A stretch of DNA of 64,000 nucleotides from Blautia sp. (GCF_034090745.1 NZ_JAXDRZ010000008.1); one strand, 5' to 3'; shown: positions 1 to 9,739, counted from the stretch's first letter. Notes: generated by a model from the sequence alone, not told the origin. Translations and numbers: made by a program.

Positions 1-66
1 AGAGCTGACTGTTGGTTGAAATCTGTCAGATATTATGATAAAATAAGCGGAATGGGAGGTGTTTTT

Positions 67-444
67 ATGCAGATCAGAGAATCGGCGGAGGACTATCTGG
101 AAGCAATCCTCATTTTATCACAAAAAGGCAACAGTGTCCGTTCTGTGGATATTGCTTCAATGCTGTCAGTTTCGAAACCCAGTGTCAGCCATGCTATGAA
201 GCTTTTGAGGGAAGATGGATATATTGCTATGGACCGATATGGAACAGTCACTCTTCTTGATAAGGGGGCTGAGATTGCCAATAGAGTTTATGAAAGGCAT
301 ACAATCCTTACAAAAATGCTGGAAAGTCTGGGGGTTCCGTCAGATATTGCAAAGACAGATGCATGTAAAATGGAACATGATATCAGTGAAGAAAGTTTTG
401 AGAGAATTAAAGAGCGTATGACAGCTGATGGACAGCTTGATTAA
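67..444 (+). CDS. DtxR/MntR-family metal-dependent transcriptional regulator
   Basis: Translation ESAEDYLEAI...VRSVDIASMLSVSKPSVSHAMKLL...HTILTKML...DACKMEHDIS matches the DtxR wHTH plus metal-binding dimerisation domain, with no C-terminal FeoA domain. ATG at 67 follows GGAGG; the ORF track starts at 16. Confidence 0.88.
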   Translation: MQIRESAEDYLEAILILSQKGNSVRSVDIASMLSVSKPSVSHAMKLLREDGYIAMDRYGTVTLLDKGAEIANRVYERHTILTKMLESLGVPSDIAKTDACKMEHDISEESFERIKERMTADGQLD

Positions 445-445
445 A

Positions 446-482
446 CAAAAAAGATCGTTACAGATGTAACGGTCTTTTCATT
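446..482. terminator. Bidirectional intrinsic terminator
   Basis: Stem AAGATCGTTAC/GTAACGGTCTT flanked by an A-run and a T-run, between convergent genes. Confidence 0.75.
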
Positions 483-496
483 TTTCTTGGCATCTT

Positions 497-1099
497 TTAT
501 CCAATATGAAAGAAAAAGGTAATTAATATTGGCACAAAAAAAGAGCACAGCATTCCGTTAAGAACAGACAGAACTACTGTTTCTTCGTCTGTGTATTTCA
601 AAAGTACCGGAAGGGTGGTATCTTCGCTGGTGGCTGCGGCCGGTGCGATACAGGTGCAGTAATTGAGCTTTGCTGCGATTATGGGGATCAGGAAAAAGGA
701 AAAAAACTCTCTCATAAGATTACTCATAAAAGCAATACTTCCAAGCTCTGCTCCGCCCAGACGGCTGATGGTAACTCCTGCCAGACTGTACCAGCCCATG
801 CCGCTGGCAACAGCAGCTCCCTGGTTTAAAGGAAGCTTCAGGATCAGTGAACAAAGGAGGCCGCCAAGAATAGAACCGGCAGTGATTCCAAGAGGGATGA
901 TCAGAATCTTCAGGTGATACTGACGTATTTTTTTCAGGATTCCGTTATGCATGCCGATGCTGATACCGACAGAAAACATCAGAATGTACAGGATCATATC
1001 GGAATTTTTGCTGATAAAGCGGATGATCTCGGATTCTGTTCCGGACAGACCGCAGAAAAGCCCAAAAACCAGTGCGAAAAATGTTAGTATAACGATCAT
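497..1099 (-). CDS. LysO/DUF340-family amino-acid exporter, larger subunit
   Basis: Hydrophobic protein with ASGMGWYSLAG, NLMREFF and AATSEDTTLP motifs typical of LysO (YbjE). Confidence 0.8.
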   Translation of the reverse strand: MIVILTFFALVFGLFCGLSGTESEIIRFISKNSDMILYILMFSVGISIGMHNGILKKIRQYHLKILIIPLGITAGSILGGLLCSLILKLPLNQGAAVASGMGWYSLAGVTISRLGGAELGSIAFMSNLMREFFSFFLIPIIAAKLNYCTCIAPAAATSEDTTLPVLLKYTDEETVVLSVLNGMLCSFFVPILITFFFHIG

Positions 1100-1383
1100 T
1101 TGTCATTCCCCTTTGTATCTTTTTTGTCAATGAAACGTCTGGTCAGAATATAAACAATAATAATGGAAGCCGCTGTAGGAATCAGGAAAAAAAGAAAGCT
1201 TTTCAGTCCGAGAGAAGACAGTTCGCTGATGAAATTTTCCTTCTGTCCAAGCATGACACCCATAGAAAAAATCAGCAGAAGGGTACACAGTATAGCAAGC
1301 CGTTCATTCCATTTTTTTAACTTTCCTATCATAAGGAATCTGCCGATCAGAATCCCGATACCCATGACAATAAATATTTTCAT
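1096..1383 (-). CDS. LysO/DUF340-family exporter, small N-terminal part
   Basis: 95 aa with 3 predicted TM segments (LLLIFSMGVMLG) resembling the LysO N-terminus; 4-nt overlap with the downstream gene. Confidence 0.72.
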   Translation of the reverse strand: MKIFIVMGIGILIGRFLMIGKLKKWNERLAILCTLLLIFSMGVMLGQKENFISELSSLGLKSFLFFLIPTAASIIIVYILTRRFIDKKDTKGNDK

Positions 1384-1455
1384 AAGAAATTCTCCTCGAT
1401 AAGCAATATAAAAAACATTATATCATTGTAGGAAACGCTTTACAATGGAAAATAC

Positions 1456-1488
1456 AAAAAAGAGGCCGGGGCAGAAAGCCCCAGCCTT
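1456..1488 (-). terminator. Intrinsic terminator of the guaD-permease operon
   Basis: Minus strand reads AAGGCTGGGGC-TTTCT-GCCCCGGCCT followed by CTTTTTT. Confidence 0.75.
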
Positions 1489-1504
1489 ATAGATGAGTCC
1501 GGAT

Positions 1505-2881
1505 TTACAGGAAAATGTATTTCAGTACAAAAAGTACTGCCAGAACATACATCAGTACACTGATCTTTTTGTCTTTTGCTTTACCGGAGATGAGATTGAT
1601 CACAACATAGGAGATCACACCCATTGCAATACCCTCGGAAATACTGTACATAAACGGCATTGCAATAATGGCAATAAAGCACGGAATAGCTTCTGTATAG
1701 TCGCTAAAATCGATCTTTGTGATAGAAGTAAGCATCATAAAGCCAACTATGATCAGAGCCGGAGCCGTTGCAAAGGACGGAATGGCAAGGAAGATCGGCG
1801 ACAGGAACAAAGAAAGACCAAACAGCAGTCCGGCTACCAGAGCGGTAAGACCGGTACGTCCGCCCTCTGCCACACCGGAGGCACTTTCAACAAAAGTAGT
1901 TACAGTAGATGTACCGCACACAGCGCCTACAGAAGTACCAACAGCGTCGGAAAGGAGGGCGCCTTTAATTCTTGGAAGCTTTCCGTCTTTATCCAGCATA
2001 TCTGCTTTAGAAGCTACACCGATAAGAGTTCCCAGAGTATCAAACATGTCAACAAACAGGAATGCAAACATGATCACTATAAAGTCCAGTGAAAATACAA
2101 TGGAAAAGTCCATTTTCATAAAGGTAGGAGCCATGCTTGGTACGCTGATGCCTCTGGAAAAATCAGGAAGGAGGCTGAAGAATCCAAGCTCTGGATTTGG
2201 TTTATACAGACCGGTAAACTGACAGATGATACCCAGCAGCCATGTGATCAGGATACCCCATAAAATACTTCCTTTTACGTTTTTTACAAGAAGAACAGCA
2301 GTGATCAGCACGCCGATCAGAGCAAGAAGGACAGTGATTCCTTCGCTGTTGAAGGTTCCGTTCTGTGCAGAGCTTTTAAAGGAAAAAACGCCTACCAGTG
2401 TAGAATCATTATTAATTACGATTTTGGCATTCTGAAGACCAATAAAAGCAATAAAAAGACCGATTCCGACAGAAACCGCATGTTTCAGGTTCATGGGAAT
2501 GGAATTAAAAATTGCTTCACGGACATTGGTCAGGGACAGAAGGATGAAAATAAGACCTTCTACGAAAACAGCTGCCAGTGCCTGCTGCCAGCTGTATCCC
2601 ATGCCAAGGACAACTGTGTAGGCAAAATACGCATTCAGTCCCATGCCGGGAGCCAGAACGAAAGGATAGTTGGATAAAAGAGCCATCAGGCAGGTGGCAA
2701 TAAAGGATGCCAGTGCAGTTGCCGTAAAGATGGCGCCCCGATCCATTCCGGAGGCTTCCAGAATATTTGGGTTTACAGCCAGGATATAAGCCATGGTCAT
2801 AAAGGTGGTGATACCTGCGATCACCTCGGTTTTCACGTCTGTGTGGTTTTCTTTCAGGTGAAAAATTTTGTCGAGTTTCAT
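1505..2881 (-). CDS. NCS2/AzgA-family purine (guanine/hypoxanthine) permease
   Basis: EVIAGITTFMTMAYILAVNP, APGMGLNAYF and ESASGVAEGGRTGLT motifs of the PbuG/AzgA subfamily. Confidence 0.92.
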   Translation of the reverse strand: MKLDKIFHLKENHTDVKTEVIAGITTFMTMAYILAVNPNILEASGMDRGAIFTATALASFIATCLMALLSNYPFVLAPGMGLNAYFAYTVVLGMGYSWQQALAAVFVEGLIFILLSLTNVREAIFNSIPMNLKHAVSVGIGLFIAFIGLQNAKIVINNDSTLVGVFSFKSSAQNGTFNSEGITVLLALIGVLITAVLLVKNVKGSILWGILITWLLGIICQFTGLYKPNPELGFFSLLPDFSRGISVPSMAPTFMKMDFSIVFSLDFIVIMFAFLFVDMFDTLGTLIGVASKADMLDKDGKLPRIKGALLSDAVGTSVGAVCGTSTVTTFVESASGVAEGGRTGLTALVAGLLFGLSLFLSPIFLAIPSFATAPALIIVGFMMLTSITKIDFSDYTEAIPCFIAIIAMPFMYSISEGIAMGVISYVVINLISGKAKDKKISVLMYVLAVLFVLKYIFL

Positions 2882-2908
2882 AATGATACCCCCTTTTTTA
2901 GAAAAATA

Positions 2909-4192
2909 TTAAAACAGTTCCCTTCCGGAAACGTATTTCCCTTTTATGCAGCGGTCATCAGAAAGATAAATCAGGCGTTCCAGACGATCTCTTACGCTTA
3001 AAGGCTGGGGATGACGGTAAAAGCTGTCATCCAGGATCACGGCGTCAAATGCATAATCTTTCTGGAAACTTCCAACTTTTCCAAAAAATTCTCCTCCGCC
3101 CATAGTTGCCAGGTAAAAAGCCTCTTCAAAGGTAAGTGCCTTCAGACGGTCATCGACCAGCCGCCAGCGCAGTTTTGATACCTGTACGGCATCTGCAATG
3201 GCGCGGAGCATGGAAAGGGAGTGGCCGCCGGCAATGTCGGTGCCCAGACCAACATGGAGTCCCTTGTCCAGATATTCTCTTATCGGTGCAATTCCAGAGG
3301 AAAGGTTGGTGTTGGACTGAGGACAGTGAGCAATATACACGCCGCGTTTTTTCATAAGTTCTATTTCTGCCTGAGGAGAATGGACGCAATGGGCCATAAC
3401 AGCAGGACAGCCTTCTCCGCCAAAAAGTCCGAACTGATCATAGGCTTCTCCGTAAAATGAAGTTTCCGGACAAAGTTCCTGTACCCAGGAAATCTCACCC
3501 ATGTTTTCGGACAGATGAGATTGAACAGGAAGGTGATACTCCTTCTGGATCTCTGCCAGCTTTTTCATCAGTTCGTCTGAACAGGAAGGAGTGAATCTTG
3601 GAGTGAGGATCGGTCTGGTATTCTGATATTTGCCGACAGTATCGGACAGCCAGCGGACCGTGGATGCGGCAGATTCTTCTGCACTTTTTTCCTGAAGGAC
3701 GGCAGGACCGTTCCGGTCCATATTTACTTTGCCTACAAAGGTTTTAAGGCCTGTTTCTTCCAGAAGATCCATAAGAAGCTCGGTAGCCTCCACATGGAGC
3801 GTTCCAAAGATGCATGCTCTTGTTGTAGGACTTTTCTTTAAATCTTCTACAAAAATAGAGTACGCCTTTCGTGCATAGTCCAAATCTGCATACTTGGCTT
3901 CCTCCGGGAAGGTAATGGTGTTCAGCCAGTCCAGAAGCTCCAGATCCATACCCATACCACGGAAACTATACTGAGGAGCGTGAAGGTGGATATCTGACAG
4001 GCCGGGAATGATCAAGGCATCTCCGGCATCTCTTACAGGAATGCCGTGAAAGCTTTCCGGGAGTTCTTTAAAGACGCCTGCGCAGACACCGTTTTGGCAG
4101 ACCAGATAGGACTGCTTCTGTACGGAAAGTTTGTTTTTGTCCAGGCTGAAACAGATATTTCCTTTCAGTGCAAAGGTTGACAGATGTTTCAT
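2909..4192 (-). CDS. guaD: Guanine deaminase (amidohydrolase superfamily)
   Basis: DIHLHAPQY, TPRFTPSCS, HLSEN, HCPQSN and GLGTDIAGG motifs. ATG at 4192 has RBS GGAAAGGAAG; the ORF track starts at 4243. Lies under a purine riboswitch. Confidence 0.88.
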   Translation of the reverse strand: MKHLSTFALKGNICFSLDKNKLSVQKQSYLVCQNGVCAGVFKELPESFHGIPVRDAGDALIIPGLSDIHLHAPQYSFRGMGMDLELLDWLNTITFPEEAKYADLDYARKAYSIFVEDLKKSPTTRACIFGTLHVEATELLMDLLEETGLKTFVGKVNMDRNGPAVLQEKSAEESAASTVRWLSDTVGKYQNTRPILTPRFTPSCSDELMKKLAEIQKEYHLPVQSHLSENMGEISWVQELCPETSFYGEAYDQFGLFGGEGCPAVMAHCVHSPQAEIELMKKRGVYIAHCPQSNTNLSSGIAPIREYLDKGLHVGLGTDIAGGHSLSMLRAIADAVQVSKLRWRLVDDRLKALTFEEAFYLATMGGGEFFGKVGSFQKDYAFDAVILDDSFYRHPQPLSVRDRLERLIYLSDDRCIKGKYVSGRELF

Positions 4193-4270
4193 AAAATTCA
4201 CTTCCTTTCCGCAGCCAGGGATTTTTAGGCATAAAAATGCCAACTACCTTTTTGGGTACCCTGAATAAAA

Positions 4271-4331
4271 CTTATAGGCAACTATTATGGTAGTTGGTAG
4301 AGACGTCCAACCGATTATGGACTTATATAAG
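4271..4331 (-). ncRNA. Purine (guanine-type, C74) riboswitch aptamer
   Basis: Minus strand CUUAUA-UAA-GUCCA-UAAUCGGU-UGGAC-GUCUCUAC-CAACUA-CCAUAA-UAGUUG-CC-UAUAAG gives P1/P2/P3, J2/3 UCUAC and L2 GG / L3 CC kissing bases; it sits upstream of guaD and a purine permease. Confidence 0.9.
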
Positions 4332-4359
4332 CTGCTGCAATTTCTTAAGTTATGTATTT

Positions 4360-4388
4360 ATTATATATGGAATTGATTTTTCTGTCAA
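4360..4388 (-). promoter_or_regulatory. Sigma-A promoter for the riboswitch-guaD leader
   Basis: Exact TTGACA (4388-4383), 17-nt spacer and TATAAT (4365-4360) on the minus strand. Confidence 0.85.
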
Positions 4389-4570
4389 TTAAAAACTAAT
4401 GTTTTGAAATGTCGGAACAGCCAAAAAATAGAATGGAAATTTGTGCAGAATACACAGAAATAAAAAATACAGAAATCTACTGGAAAGAAATATCCATAAG
4501 TGTTAGAATAAGTGGCATATATTTATAAAAATGAATATTAGATATTGTATAAACGAAAGGTTGTGAGCTT

Positions 4571-5725
4571 TTGGAATTTAAAAAAGAAAATCTGAAAAAT
4601 TGTATGTACCTGATTTTATTTGCTGTTCTTTTATATGTGGGACTTCAGAATCTGAATGTTGTTCTTGATTTTCTGATGAGAGTGATCGGACTGTTCCTGC
4701 CGTTTATCGTAGGAGCCGGTATCGCATTCGTCCTGAATGTTCCTATGAAATTTATTGAAAAGAATGTGTTTGGCAGAGGCAAATGGAAAGATACAAAGTT
4801 TGTAAAAAAGATAGCGCGTCCGGTAAGCATGATCCTTGCGATTCTGGTAGCTGCGCTTGCTGTTTATATTGTAGGACAGGTAGTGATCCCGGAACTGGCT
4901 ACAACGGTAATGGGACTTGGGCGTAATATTGAAAGAGGGATTGAAAATCTGACCATATGGATCGATGAGAATTTCAAACAGGATTCTGTCATTGCAGAAT
5001 GGGCAGAATCGTTGGAGATCCAGCCGCAGAAAACATTAGATGCCGTGATCGGGGCGCTTCAGAATGGAGTGAACAATATTCTCACTTCTACAGTGTCTGT
5101 TACGATGGGGATTGTTAATACGGCAATGAATCTGGGAATCGGATTTGTTTTTGCCTGCTATATTCTTCTTCAGAAGGAACGTCTGGCTGTACAGACGAAA
5201 AAAGCGTTTTATGCAATCTTCCCGGAAAAAACAGTGAAATATATCCTTCATGTATGTTCGCTTGCAAACAGTATTTTTTCCGGATTTGTAACAGGACAGT
5301 GTATTGAAGCCGTAATCCTGGGAACGATGTTCTTTGTAGCAATGACGCTTTTCCGATTCCCATATGCCATGCTGGTGGGTGTTCTGATCGCATTTACTGC
5401 ATTGATCCCGGTATTTGGCGCTTTTATTGGCTGTGCCATTAGTTTTCTTCTGATTCTTCTGGTAAGTCCTATGCAGGCATTGCTGTTTTTGATTCTGTTT
5501 TTTGTCCTGCAGCAGATTGAGGGAAATCTGATCTACCCTCATGTGGTAGGAGGCTCAGTAGGACTTCCGTCGGTATGGGTTCTGATGGCAGTGACCATTG
5601 GCGGCAGCCTGCTGGGAGTGATCGGTATGCTGATCTTTATTCCTCTGGTGTCTGTGCTCTATGCTCTGTTCCGGGAGTGGACATATAAAAGACTGAAGAA
5701 AAAAAACATTAAGGTTGAAAATTGA
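4571..5725 (+). CDS. AI-2E (PerM/TqsA) family transporter
   Basis: Multi-TM protein with GQCIEAVILG, ALIPVFGAFIG and QQIEGNLIYPHVVGGSVGL motifs; TTG start. Confidence 0.88.
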   Translation: MEFKKENLKNCMYLILFAVLLYVGLQNLNVVLDFLMRVIGLFLPFIVGAGIAFVLNVPMKFIEKNVFGRGKWKDTKFVKKIARPVSMILAILVAALAVYIVGQVVIPELATTVMGLGRNIERGIENLTIWIDENFKQDSVIAEWAESLEIQPQKTLDAVIGALQNGVNNILTSTVSVTMGIVNTAMNLGIGFVFACYILLQKERLAVQTKKAFYAIFPEKTVKYILHVCSLANSIFSGFVTGQCIEAVILGTMFFVAMTLFRFPYAMLVGVLIAFTALIPVFGAFIGCAISFLLILLVSPMQALLFLILFFVLQQIEGNLIYPHVVGGSVGLPSVWVLMAVTIGGSLLGVIGMLIFIPLVSVLYALFREWTYKRLKKKNIKVEN

Positions 5726-5785
5726 AAGAATTTCTGTTTGCTGCTTTCTGCAGACGATACATATGAAAGCAGGATAGCAGCTAAA

Positions 5786-5823
5786 TAAAAATCTGCCGGC
5801 CAGTTCTGATCTCTGGCCGGCAG
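5786..5823 (-). terminator. Intrinsic terminator downstream of argG
   Basis: 11-bp perfect stem CTGCCGGCCAG/CTGGCCGGCAG with an A-run on the plus strand (T-run on the minus strand). Confidence 0.75.
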
Positions 5824-5840
5824 GGCTATTCCCATAAATT

Positions 5841-7073
5841 TTACTGATTATTTTTGTTCTGTTCTACTTCCAGAAGTTTCATAGCTCTTACTTTCAGCGG
5901 AAGTCCGAACAGTGTGATAAATCCGTCTGCATCATGATGGTCGTACATATCACCGGTTGTGAAAGAAGCAAGGGACTCATTGTAAAGGCTGTATGGAGAA
6001 GTGGTTCCGGCTTTGATGATGTTTCCTTTGTAAAGTTTCATTTTTACTTCCCCGGTAACATATTTCTGTGTGGATTCTACAAAGGCCTGGATCGCTTCAC
6101 GGAGCGGTGTAAACCATTTTCCTTCATAAACAACCTGTGCAAACTGGCTTCCAAGCTTTTTCTTGGCTTCCATGGTGTCACGGTCAAGAGTCAGTTCTTC
6201 AAGCTGATCATGAGCTGCCATAAGGATAGTTCCTCCTGGTGTTTCGTATACACCACGGGATTTCATGCCTACTACACGGTTTTCTACAATATCAACAATA
6301 CCAATTCCATTTTCTCCGCCGATTCGGTTCAGTTCGGTGATGATCTCAGATACCTTCATTGCTTTTCCATTGAGAGTTTTCGGAATACCTTCTTCGAAAG
6401 TCATAGTGATCTCTGTTTCTTTATCAGGAGCTTTCTGAGGAGTAACACTTAAAACAAGCATATCATCATAATTTGGAGCCTGGGAAGGATCTTCAAGCTC
6501 GAGTCCTTCGTGGCTGATATGCCATAAGTTACGGTCGCGGCTGTAGCTGTGACGTGCATCAAATGGCAGATTGATGCCGTGAGCCTGGCAGAATGCAAGT
6601 TCATCTTCACGGGACTGCATGGTCCATACATCAGTCATACGCCATGGAGCGATGATCTTGATATCCGGAGCCAGAGCTTTGATGCCGAGTTCAAAACGGA
6701 TCTGGTCATTTCCTTTTCCGGTTGCCCCATGACAGATTGCAACCGCATTTTCTTTTCGTGCGATTTCCACAAGTTTTTTTGCAATGACAGGACGTGCCAT
6801 GGAAGTACCAAGAAGGTACTGATGTTCATAAACTGCGCCTGCTTCTACACACGGCATAACGTATTCGTCACAGAATTCATCTACGATATCTTCAATATAT
6901 AACTTAGAAGCTCCAGAAAGTCGTGCTCTTTCTTCCAGTCCGTCAAGCTCATTTCCCTGTCCGCAGTTTACGCAGCAGCAGACAACGTCATAGTTAAAGG
7001 TTTCCTTCAGCCATGGAATCAGGGCTGTAGTATCGAGACCACCTGAGTATGCTAAAACAACTTTTTCTTTCAT
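5841..7073 (-). CDS. argG: Argininosuccinate synthase
   Basis: LAYSGGLDT, HGATGKGNDQ and ENRVVGMKSRGVYETPG motifs. Confidence 0.97.
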   Translation of the reverse strand: MKEKVVLAYSGGLDTTALIPWLKETFNYDVVCCCVNCGQGNELDGLEERARLSGASKLYIEDIVDEFCDEYVMPCVEAGAVYEHQYLLGTSMARPVIAKKLVEIARKENAVAICHGATGKGNDQIRFELGIKALAPDIKIIAPWRMTDVWTMQSREDELAFCQAHGINLPFDARHSYSRDRNLWHISHEGLELEDPSQAPNYDDMLVLSVTPQKAPDKETEITMTFEEGIPKTLNGKAMKVSEIITELNRIGGENGIGIVDIVENRVVGMKSRGVYETPGGTILMAAHDQLEELTLDRDTMEAKKKLGSQFAQVVYEGKWFTPLREAIQAFVESTQKYVTGEVKMKLYKGNIIKAGTTSPYSLYNESLASFTTGDMYDHHDADGFITLFGLPLKVRAMKLLEVEQNKNNQ

Positions 7074-7160
7074 AATAAATCCTCCTTGTTTTGTAACGTT
7101 TTATAATTAGAACAGAAGTTAAAATACTTTTATTTATAGAAACAAGCAGTTTCTTAAGAC

Positions 7161-7199
7161 AATGAATAATATACAATATTTTTTATAAATATGCAATAG
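7161..7199 (-). promoter_or_regulatory. Tandem ARG boxes overlapping the argG promoter
   Basis: AATGAATAATATACAATA and TTTATAAATATGCAAT resemble the ArgR consensus TGAATWWWWATTCA; the minus strand carries TTGCAT-17-TATATT. Confidence 0.62.
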
Positions 7200-7308
7200 C
7201 AAAATGGAAAAAAGTAAAAATTTTTTTTCGTCTCTTTATTTTTTGAGCTGTATAATAGGGAAAAAGAAGAGAAATGAAAAATAAATTTAGAAATACATTA
7301 AAAAATAT

Positions 7309-7338
7309 ATTGCATATTATGCATAATAGATGTATAAT
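7309..7338 (+). promoter_or_regulatory. argC promoter overlapped by an ARG box
   Basis: TTGCAT (7310-15), 17 nt, TATAAT (7333-38); the palindromic TGCATATTATGCA overlaps the -35. Confidence 0.65.
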
Positions 7339-7411
7339 TCATGTATCTTTGATAGGATGACCAGGACAAGTGGCATCAGACGTTTATACGGGTATAAGAG
7401 GAGGAGATATT

Positions 7412-8452
7412 ATGATAAAAGCTGGTATTATCGGAGCAACAGGCTACGCGGGAAATGAGATAGCTAGACTTTTGCTGGGACATAAAGGTGTAGAAGTGGC
7501 ATGGTACGGGTCAAGAAGCTATATTGAGAAAAGATATGCCGATGTCTATCAGAATTTTTTTCAGCTGGCAGATGCAAAATGTATGGATGACAATATGGAA
7601 GCTCTTGCAGATGAAGTAGACGTAATCTTTACTGCAACTCCACAAGGGCTTTGTGCCTCGCTTATAAATGAAGGAATTCTTTCTAAAGCAAAGGTTATTG
7701 ATCTCAGTGCGGATTTTCGGATCAAGGATGTAAAAAAATATGAGGAATGGTATGGAATACCACATAAGTCTCCGGAATTTATCAATGAGGCCGTTTACGG
7801 TCTTTGTGAGATTAACAGAGAGGATATTAAAAAGGCAAGGCTGATCGCTAATCCGGGATGCTATCCTACATGTTCTACCCTTTCTGTTTATCCTCTTTTG
7901 AAAGAAGGGCTGATCGATCCTTCTACCATTATCATTGATGCAAAGTCCGGAACCTCCGGAGCCGGACGAGGCGCCAAGGTGGATAATCTTTTCTGCGAAG
8001 TCAATGAGAACATTAAGGCATATGGTGTGGCAAGTCATCGGCATACACCGGAAATTGAAGATCAGCTGGGATATGCATGCGGAGAAGAGGTTCTGATCAA
8101 TTTTACACCGCATCTGGTTCCTATGAACAGAGGGATCCTTATAACTGCATATGCTTCTCTGAAAAAAGAGGTTTCCTATGAGGAAGTAAAAGCAGTTTAC
8201 GATAAATATTATAATAAGGAATTGTTTGTACGTGTACTGGATAAAGATGTGTATCCTCAGACAAAATGGGTAGAAGGCAGCAATTTTGTAGATGTTAATT
8301 TTAAGATCGACCCAAGAACAAACAGGATCATTATGATGGGAGCCATGGATAATCTGGTAAAAGGCACCGCAGGTCAGGCTGTGCAGAATATGAATCTGAT
8401 GTTCGGATTTGATGAGGCAGAGGGACTTCGCCAGATTCCCATGATGCCCTGA
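7412..8452 (+). CDS. argC: N-acetyl-gamma-glutamyl-phosphate reductase
   Basis: GATGYAG, ANPGCYPT, KSGTSGAG and DNLVKGTAGQAVQNMN motifs; ATG at 7412 follows GGAGGAG. Confidence 0.96.
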   Translation: MIKAGIIGATGYAGNEIARLLLGHKGVEVAWYGSRSYIEKRYADVYQNFFQLADAKCMDDNMEALADEVDVIFTATPQGLCASLINEGILSKAKVIDLSADFRIKDVKKYEEWYGIPHKSPEFINEAVYGLCEINREDIKKARLIANPGCYPTCSTLSVYPLLKEGLIDPSTIIIDAKSGTSGAGRGAKVDNLFCEVNENIKAYGVASHRHTPEIEDQLGYACGEEVLINFTPHLVPMNRGILITAYASLKKEVSYEEVKAVYDKYYNKELFVRVLDKDVYPQTKWVEGSNFVDVNFKIDPRTNRIIMMGAMDNLVKGTAGQAVQNMNLMFGFDEAEGLRQIPMMP

Positions 8453-8515
8453 TCTTTGTATCAGACAGGAGATCCCGGTGGAAAGAACAGTATAAAATAA
8501 GAAAGGATATTTACT

Positions 8516-9739
8516 ATGAAGATTATATCAGGTGGTGTAACAGCGGCAAAAGGATTTCAGGCAGCCTCCACAGCAGCCGGCATCAAATATCAGGACAGAA
8601 CCGATATGGCAATGGTATACAGTGAGAAGCCGTGCAGGGCAGCAGGAACCTTTACCACGAACGTAGTAAAGGCGGCTCCGGTAAAATGGGATCAGGATAT
8701 TGTGTATCATCAGCCGGAAGCGCAGGTGATCGTGTGCAACAGCGGGATTGCCAATGCCTGTACCGGAGAAGAAGGATTTGGATACTGCAGAGAAACGGCA
8801 AAGGCAGCGGCAGAAGCTCTTGGTGTCAGTGAGAACAGTGTTCTTGTAGCATCTACAGGTGTAATCGGTATGCAGCTTCCCATTCAGAAACTGACAAATG
8901 GAATAAAGGCCATGGTTCCTGTACTGGATGGAAGTCTGGAATCAGGAAATCAGGCGGCAAAGGCGATCATGACAACGGATACAGAAGAGAAGGAAGCGGC
9001 GGTAGAGTTTGAGATCGGAGGGAAGACTGTAACCATTGGAGGGATGTGCAAGGGCTCAGGAATGATCCACCCCAATATGTGTACCATGCTGGGATTTGTT
9101 ACAACAGATCTTAATATTTCCAAGAATCTTCTTCAGGAGGCATTAAGCGAGAACGTTAAGGATACATATAATATGGTTTCCGTAGATGGTGATACGTCCA
9201 CAAACGATACGGTTCTTCTTTTGGCAAACGGTATGGCGGGAAATCCGGAGATTACAGAAAAAAATGAAGATTATCATGCGTTTTGTGAGGCCCTGAATTA
9301 TATAAATACTTCACTTGCAAAGAAAATTGCAGGCGACGGCGAGGGTGCGACAGCACTTTTTGAGGTAAAGATCATTGGAGCAGAAAGCAAAGAACAGGCA
9401 GTGACCTTAAGTAAGTCAGTAGTGACTTCTTCCCTTACAAAAGCTGCTATATACGGACACGATGCCAACTGGGGCAGGATCCTTTGCGCTATGGGATATT
9501 CCGGTGCACAGTTTGATCCGGAAAAAGTAGATCTTTACTTTGAGAGTAAGGCAGGAAAGATTAAGATCATTGAAAACGGTGTGGCAACCGGATACAGTGA
9601 GGAAGAGGCAACCAGGATTCTTTCGGAAGAGGCTGTGACTGCTGTTGCAGATGTGAAGATGGGAACCTGTACGGCAACAGCGTGGGGCTGCGACCTGACT
9701 TATGACTATGTAAAGATCAATGCAGACTATCGCTCCTGA
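8516..9739 (+). CDS. argJ: Ornithine acetyltransferase / N-acetylglutamate synthase
   Basis: KGSGMIHPNMCTMLG (autocleavage Thr), DGDTSTNDT and DANWGRI motifs. Confidence 0.96.
   Translation: MKIISGGVTAAKGFQAASTAAGIKYQDRTDMAMVYSEKPCRAAGTFTTNVVKAAPVKWDQDIVYHQPEAQVIVCNSGIANACTGEEGFGYCRETAKAAAEALGVSENSVLVASTGVIGMQLPIQKLTNGIKAMVPVLDGSLESGNQAAKAIMTTDTEEKEAAVEFEIGGKTVTIGGMCKGSGMIHPNMCTMLGFVTTDLNISKNLLQEALSENVKDTYNMVSVDGDTSTNDTVLLLANGMAGNPEITEKNEDYHAFCEALNYINTSLAKKIAGDGEGATALFEVKIIGAESKEQAVTLSKSVVTSSLTKAAIYGHDANWGRILCAMGYSGAQFDPEKVDLYFESKAGKIKIIENGVATGYSEEEATRILSEEAVTAVADVKMGTCTATAWGCDLTYDYVKINADYRS

Noticed and set aside
4271-4331. Possibility that the aptamer is an adenine, 2'-dG or xanthine variant
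   Set aside because: C74, U47 and U51 are all present, which fits guanine. The differences lie in loop length and in positions 48 and 73. Only binding data can exclude a shifted specificity.
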